From the NCBI GenBank assembly GCA_949505625.1, contig CATBQD010000009.1, forward strand, positions 476 to 64,475: 64,000 nt of DNA, given 5' to 3'. The position numbers and the translations under genes were made by a program. The first letter of the stretch is position 1; every line of letters begins with the position of its first letter. The notes under the pieces were generated by a model. That model did no database searches, was not told where the DNA came from, and was given only the letters and a program-made list of their open reading frames with translations. This DNA comes from an uncultured Bacilli bacterium (GTDB lineage: Bacteria > Bacillota_I > Bacilli_A > RF39 > UBA660). Below are positions 59,782-64,000 of this stretch, piece by piece.

Positions 59782-60684
59782 CTATCCATGTGGATGAAAT
59801 TTTTTATAATCGTCCTTTAATTTTTCATTAGAAACATGGGTATAAATTTGTGTTGTTGATAAGGAACTATGGCCTAACATTTCTTGAATATCTCTTAAAT
59901 TAGCGCCATTTTGTAATAGATGTGATGCAAAGGAATGTCTTAATGTATGTGGTGAAAAAGAAGTATCTATTCCTTTTTCTTTTGCTAATGACTGTATCAT
60001 TTTAAAAATAGCTTGTCTAGTTAAGCCAGTTCCATGATTATTAATAAATAAATATTCATTCCAGCCTTTGATTAATAGTTGGCTTCGATAGTGGTATAAG
60101 TAAATATGAAGGGCATTTAATGCATAATCTCCGATTGGAACGATTCGCTCTTTATTCCCTTTTCCTATTGTTCTTACAATAGACATTTCAAAGTCAATAT
60201 CCCCTACTTTTAAGTTCACAATTTCACTAACACGCAATCCACTTGCATACATAAGCTCTAAAATAGCTTTGTTTCTAGCACTAAAGGCATCATTAACAGA
60301 AATATCAAGTAATAAGTCAATTTCTTCTATGCTAAGCACTTTCGGTAATTTTTTAGGCTGTTTTGGAATTGGTATTTCTTCAAGAGGATTTTCTTTTACA
60401 TAATGATGAATTAATAAAAATTTATAAAAGGAACGTAAACAAGAAATATTATGAGAAATACTTCTAGCGCTTTCTTCTTGTAAGGTACTAATATATGCTT
60501 CCATATTTTTTAAACTTAAATTTAAATTGAAATGATTCTTATTTAAAAACAAAGCAAATTTTTCTAATTCAAAAGTATAAGAATTCCTTGTATTTTCTGT
60601 ATATCCTTTATCAATATATAAGTATTCAATAAACGCTTCTCCATAAGGTGGCAGTATTTTTGTTCTTTCCATACGATTCACCAT
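59782..60684 (-). CDS. xerD: Tyrosine site-specific recombinase XerD
   Basis: C-terminal catalytic region HTLRHSFASHLLQNGANLRDIQEMLGHSSLSTTQIYTHV. N-terminal core-binding domain. 300 aa. Confidence 0.8.
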   Translation of the reverse strand: MVNRMERTKILPPYGEAFIEYLYIDKGYTENTRNSYTFELEKFALFLNKNHFNLNLSLKNMEAYISTLQEESARSISHNISCLRSFYKFLLIHHYVKENPLEEIPIPKQPKKLPKVLSIEEIDLLLDISVNDAFSARNKAILELMYASGLRVSEIVNLKVGDIDFEMSIVRTIGKGNKERIVPIGDYALNALHIYLYHYRSQLLIKGWNEYLFINNHGTGLTRQAIFKMIQSLAKEKGIDTSFSPHTLRHSFASHLLQNGANLRDIQEMLGHSSLSTTQIYTHVSNEKLKDDYKKFHPHG

Positions 60685-60751
60685 CTTTATTATAACAAAA
60701 TGACTATTTTTTTACTACTTTTTTTGATAAAATAAGATAGTGGTGATAACT

Positions 60752-61978
60752 ATGAATGAACCGTTAGCTGTGAAAATGAGACCAAAAGCAACAAGTGAAG
60801 TGATTGGACAAAGTCATTTGATTGGAGAAAAAAAGATTATCAGTAATATGGTGCGTAATAAAAAATTATTTTCTATGATTTTATATGGAAAACCAGGAAT
60901 TGGAAAAACGACAATTGCCACTGCGATTGTTGAAGAATTAAATCTTAGACATCGTTTTTTGAATGCGGTTATTAATAATAAAAAGGATTTTGATGTTGTA
61001 ATTGAAGAAGCCAAATTATATAATGGAATAGTTTTAATATTGGATGAGATTCATAGAATGAATAAGGATAAGCAAGATTTACTACTTCCCTATTTGGAAA
61101 ATGGTTTAATCACATTAATTGGGATGACAACTTCTAATCCTTATCATAAAATAAATCCTGCGATTCGTAGTAGATGTCAGATTTTTGAACTAAAAGAATT
61201 GTCAGAAGAAGAAGTCAAATTAGGATTAAAAAGAGCGATTGAAAGTCCTTATTTAGAAGGAATTGTGATTGATGAAGAAGCTATGAATCATATTATTACT
61301 GTTTCTGGAGGAGATTTGAGAGCCGCCTATAATTTATTAGAAGTTGCGTATTATTCGAGTGCTGATTATCATGTCACGAGTGAACTTATTAAGAATATTA
61401 ATAATAAGCCAGTTTTCTTTCATGATAAGAATGAAGATGGTCATTATGATGTGATTAGTGCTTTTCAAAAGTCTATTCGTGGAAGTGATGTCAATGCTGC
61501 ATTACATTATTTAGCGCGTTTAATAGAAGCAGAAGACTTGGATATTATTTATAGAAGAATGACTGTAATTGCTTATGAAGATATTGGACTTGCCAATCCT
61601 TCTATGGGACCTAAAGTAGACGCCTGTATTAATGCTTGTGAACGTTTGGGGTTACCAGAAGCTAGGATTCCTTTGGCAACTACAGTTGTTGAGTTAGCGC
61701 TTTCTCCAAAATCAAATAGCGCCCATATTGCTTTAGATATCGCTTTAAATGATATTCGTTTAGGAAATACTGGCAATGTACCAAATCACATTAAAACAAC
61801 CTCTAAAGATTATAAATATCCTCATGATTATCCAAATGCTTGGGTAAACCAACAGTATCTTCCAGATAAGATAAAAAATAAGAAATATTATGTTCCAAAG
61901 ACAACAAGCAAATATGAAACAAGTTTAAAAAGTGTTTATGATAACATAGAAAAAGCCAAAAGAACTACAAATGAGTAG
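60752..61978 (+). CDS. rarA: Replication-associated recombination protein A (RarA/MgsA AAA+ ATPase)
   Basis: Walker A GKPGIGKTTIA. Walker B ILILDEIHRMNK. A MgsA C-terminal domain. The ATG at 60752 follows GGTGA. Confidence 0.85.
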   Translation: MNEPLAVKMRPKATSEVIGQSHLIGEKKIISNMVRNKKLFSMILYGKPGIGKTTIATAIVEELNLRHRFLNAVINNKKDFDVVIEEAKLYNGIVLILDEIHRMNKDKQDLLLPYLENGLITLIGMTTSNPYHKINPAIRSRCQIFELKELSEEEVKLGLKRAIESPYLEGIVIDEEAMNHIITVSGGDLRAAYNLLEVAYYSSADYHVTSELIKNINNKPVFFHDKNEDGHYDVISAFQKSIRGSDVNAALHYLARLIEAEDLDIIYRRMTVIAYEDIGLANPSMGPKVDACINACERLGLPEARIPLATTVVELALSPKSNSAHIALDIALNDIRLGNTGNVPNHIKTTSKDYKYPHDYPNAWVNQQYLPDKIKNKKYYVPKTTSKYETSLKSVYDNIEKAKRTTNE

Positions 61979-61981
61979 TTC

Positions 61982-62926
61982 TTATATTTTTAAAATAAAG
62001 AGTTCGAGCGCTAAATCTTTATCTACTAATCCACTTTTAATATTGCTATCTAAGTCAGCTAATTCTTCTAAATAATGAAGTAAAACAGAACTAGAAAAGT
62101 TTCTGCTTTTTTCTAATGCTAATTTTAAACGATATGGATGAACTTCTAAGGTAGAAGCAATATCATTTGCAGTATACCCTTTTTTACTAAGTTCTTTTGC
62201 TTGATACATGATTCGGAATTGATTTGCTAGCATAATTAGAATTTTAATTGGTTCTTCATTTCTTTTTATCATTTCTTGATAAGCTTCTAGTGCAATTTGT
62301 TTATTTTTTAATACAATGTTTTCAATTAGTTTAAAAATATCAGCATCAATATTTTTTGTTGTTAAGTTTAAAATATCATCTTCTGTTATTCTCTTTTCTC
62401 CATTTTTGTAAGTTTTGATTTTGTCACATTCTTGATTTAGAATCTGAAGATTCTCTCCTACTCTATCAATCAATAATTGTATTACTTGAGAATTAATTTC
62501 ATAATCTTCAAACATTTCTTTTACAATTGCATTTATATTTTTGTTTGTTCCTAGTTCTATTACAGAACCATTTTTTTTCATTAATTTTGTTATTTTTTTT
62601 CGCTCATCTAATTTTTCAGCAATCGTAATAAATATTAAAATAGTATCAGGGTTATAATGTTCTAAATAAGAAAGTAATAAATATGTATCTTGTTCTACAG
62701 CTCCTTTTTTTGTTGTTCCAGTAAAAATATAACTATTTGAGACAATAATTCCTTTTTTATCTCCAAACATGGAAACAATAGAAGCATCTTCTAATATTGT
62801 ATTTAAGGAATCAGTTTCCAAGTCGTATTTATTAACACTGTAATCATCTAATTTTTCTTTTTCTAAGATTTCTTTTAGTTTTTTTTCTATTAATAATAGT
62901 TCTTTTCCATAAAGTAAATAAATCAT
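61982..62926 (-). CDS. holA: DNA polymerase III delta subunit HolA
   Basis: 314 aa. N-terminus MIYLLYGKELLLIEKKLKEI...DASIVSMFGDKKGIIV is typical of delta. Confidence 0.7.
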   Translation of the reverse strand: MIYLLYGKELLLIEKKLKEILEKEKLDDYSVNKYDLETDSLNTILEDASIVSMFGDKKGIIVSNSYIFTGTTKKGAVEQDTYLLLSYLEHYNPDTILIFITIAEKLDERKKITKLMKKNGSVIELGTNKNINAIVKEMFEDYEINSQVIQLLIDRVGENLQILNQECDKIKTYKNGEKRITEDDILNLTTKNIDADIFKLIENIVLKNKQIALEAYQEMIKRNEEPIKILIMLANQFRIMYQAKELSKKGYTANDIASTLEVHPYRLKLALEKSRNFSSSVLLHYLEELADLDSNIKSGLVDKDLALELFILKI

Positions 62927-63528
62927 AATTTTTTTTCCTTTCGTCTAAGAATGCTTCCAATTCCTAAAGTTAATGCTCCTAAAGAATAACCTGCTAATAC
63001 ATCACTAAAGTAATGGACTCCTAGATAGATTCGACTAAAACCAATTCCTAAAATAAATAGTATTCCGAAAATGAAAATGAACAGATTTTTTTTGCGTTCT
63101 ATAAAGTAAGTCATAAGATATCCATAAAACGATACTGAAATAATAGAATGTCCACTCGGAAAGCTATAGCCATCTATTGGAATTAATCTTAAGATATCTG
63201 GTCTTTCTCTCATAAAGAGCAGTTTTAAAAAGACAATAAAGATTACACTCATAATAAGTATGAAGCAAAAGTGTTTTAATTCTTGTTTATCTTTTTTGAA
63301 TAAATAAATTCCCCATATAATAGAAAATGCGATAATGGTTTTTGGTTCTCCTAAAAAAGTAAAGATTTTCATAATTGTTGTGATTGGTTCTTGAATGATT
63401 CCTTCTATCTTATGATATATCCATAAGTCAATAGGAAGTATTTGATTACAGATGAGTAATATGGCAATCAATAAAAAACAAGTAAAAGGAATCCATATTT
63501 CTTTATATTTTTTTATCATAGATATCAC
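62923..63528 (-). CDS. PAP2-family lipid phosphatase
   Basis: Motifs KxxxxxxRP (KLLFMRERP), PSGHS (FPSGHSII) and SRxxxxxHxxxD (SRIYLGVHYFSDV). Confidence 0.8.
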   Translation of the reverse strand: MISMIKKYKEIWIPFTCFLLIAILLICNQILPIDLWIYHKIEGIIQEPITTIMKIFTFLGEPKTIIAFSIIWGIYLFKKDKQELKHFCFILIMSVIFIVFLKLLFMRERPDILRLIPIDGYSFPSGHSIISVSFYGYLMTYFIERKKNLFIFIFGILFILGIGFSRIYLGVHYFSDVLAGYSLGALTLGIGSILRRKEKKL

Positions 63529-63590
63529 CTTTTCTATTATACCATTGATTGCTATAATTCGTAAATTAGAAAAAGAGACTTTGTAGTCTC

Positions 63591-63992
63591 TTATTCAAAT
63601 GTAATATTATGATATAGCAAAGATGCTTGTTTATCAAAGTTTTTCTTTAATAATGGTAAATTAACCAATAAAGAAATCCCTGCAATCATAATATTTAATG
63701 TATTTGATAATGATAATAATATCATCATACCAATAAAGAAACACCAGTCTTTAATTACAGCTTTTCTTAATGGTAATAAATTTTTTTTCGCTATTTTTTG
63801 ATTATTGAAAATATTGTAAACTCCAATTCTACCAGCTATGTACCAAATTGTGATATTTAGTCCTAATTCAATTGGTGTCATTACAAAGTAAAAAGCTTCT
63901 GTAGATACATTATGAATAAGCAAACGCTTTAATATCCCTACTATAACAAATGTAATAACTGCTAAAACGAGTTGTACAAGAAACACTGTCAC
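63591..63992 (-). CDS. Membrane protein, unknown. The N-terminus may lie beyond the window edge.
   Basis: ORF with 3-4 hydrophobic segments. The window ends 8 bp upstream of the first Met. Confidence 0.35.
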   Translation of the reverse strand: MTVFLVQLVLAVITFVIVGILKRLLIHNVSTEAFYFVMTPIELGLNITIWYIAGRIGVYNIFNNQKIAKKNLLPLRKAVIKDWCFFIGMMILLSLSNTLNIMIAGISLLVNLPLLKKNFDKQASLLYHNITFE

Positions 63993-64000
63993 ACAGAAAT

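Noticed and set aside
54557-61776. Minus-strand or alternate-frame ORFs 54557..54787, 58266..58532, 60814..61014 and 61573..61776
   Set aside because: They are embedded in the Zot-like/Rep genes, zupT and rarA. Spurious.
1-64000. CRISPR arrays, rRNA and tRNA genes
   Set aside because: No regularly spaced short direct repeats were seen. No GC-rich cloverleaf-like or rRNA-like segments were noticed in this AT-rich window.

Overview
AT-rich chromosomal window from a low-GC Firmicute. Sporulation genes (spoIVB, spoIIM, ylbJ, yjcZ-like) and Bacillus-like gene order (dnaG-sigA-trmK; nusB-xseA-xseB) suggest a spore former. Three accessory blocks sit among housekeeping genes.

(1) 1..14300: the 3' part of a giant Rhs/YD-repeat polymorphic toxin gene, which continues off the left edge of the window, with its own C-terminal toxin tip and a downstream putative immunity gene. 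It is followed by a promoterless orphan rhs C-terminal module, a near-exact 1.6 kb duplicate of rhs bases 3839..5434, that carries a different toxin tip and its own immunity gene. Next come a 2-TM membrane protein and a 974-aa KAP-family P-loop NTPase. These cassettes are separated by a ~90 bp repeat element present in 4 copies. One copy is split into left and right halves by the KAP NTPase gene.

(2) 48230..56645: an ~8.4 kb element with an Inovirus-like (filamentous phage) gene set. It has an XRE repressor with an operator-rich divergent switch, an ssDNA-binding candidate, a 60-aa major-coat-like protein, a g3p-like protein, a g6p-like protein, a Zot-like P-loop protein and an HUH rolling-circle Rep. 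The element is bounded on the right by a 28-bp site with 25/28 identity to Bacillus/Staphylococcus dif, and on the left by a hybrid site sharing the first 17 bp. This is the IMEX architecture (XerCD-mediated integration at dif). A xerD gene lies 3 kb to the right.

Inside the left part of this element is a 0.72 kb segment flanked by perfect 35-bp inverted repeats. It contains a strong sigma-A-type promoter and a 69-aa ORF, and could be an invertible switch or a MITE. A 68-bp palindrome lies nearby.

(3) Core genes: type IV pilus/competence machinery (pilC, pilD, pilB, pilins; comGC-like, comEA, comEC), a SEDS (FtsW/RodA-family) gene, mutS, a MacB-like ABC transporter, mscL, mnmA, zupT, rarA and holA. 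Two probable pseudogenes were noticed: a frameshifted DUF1016 nuclease, and a 492-aa acidic protein whose reading frame continues through two homopolymer frameshifts.

No rRNA, tRNA or CRISPR array was seen.
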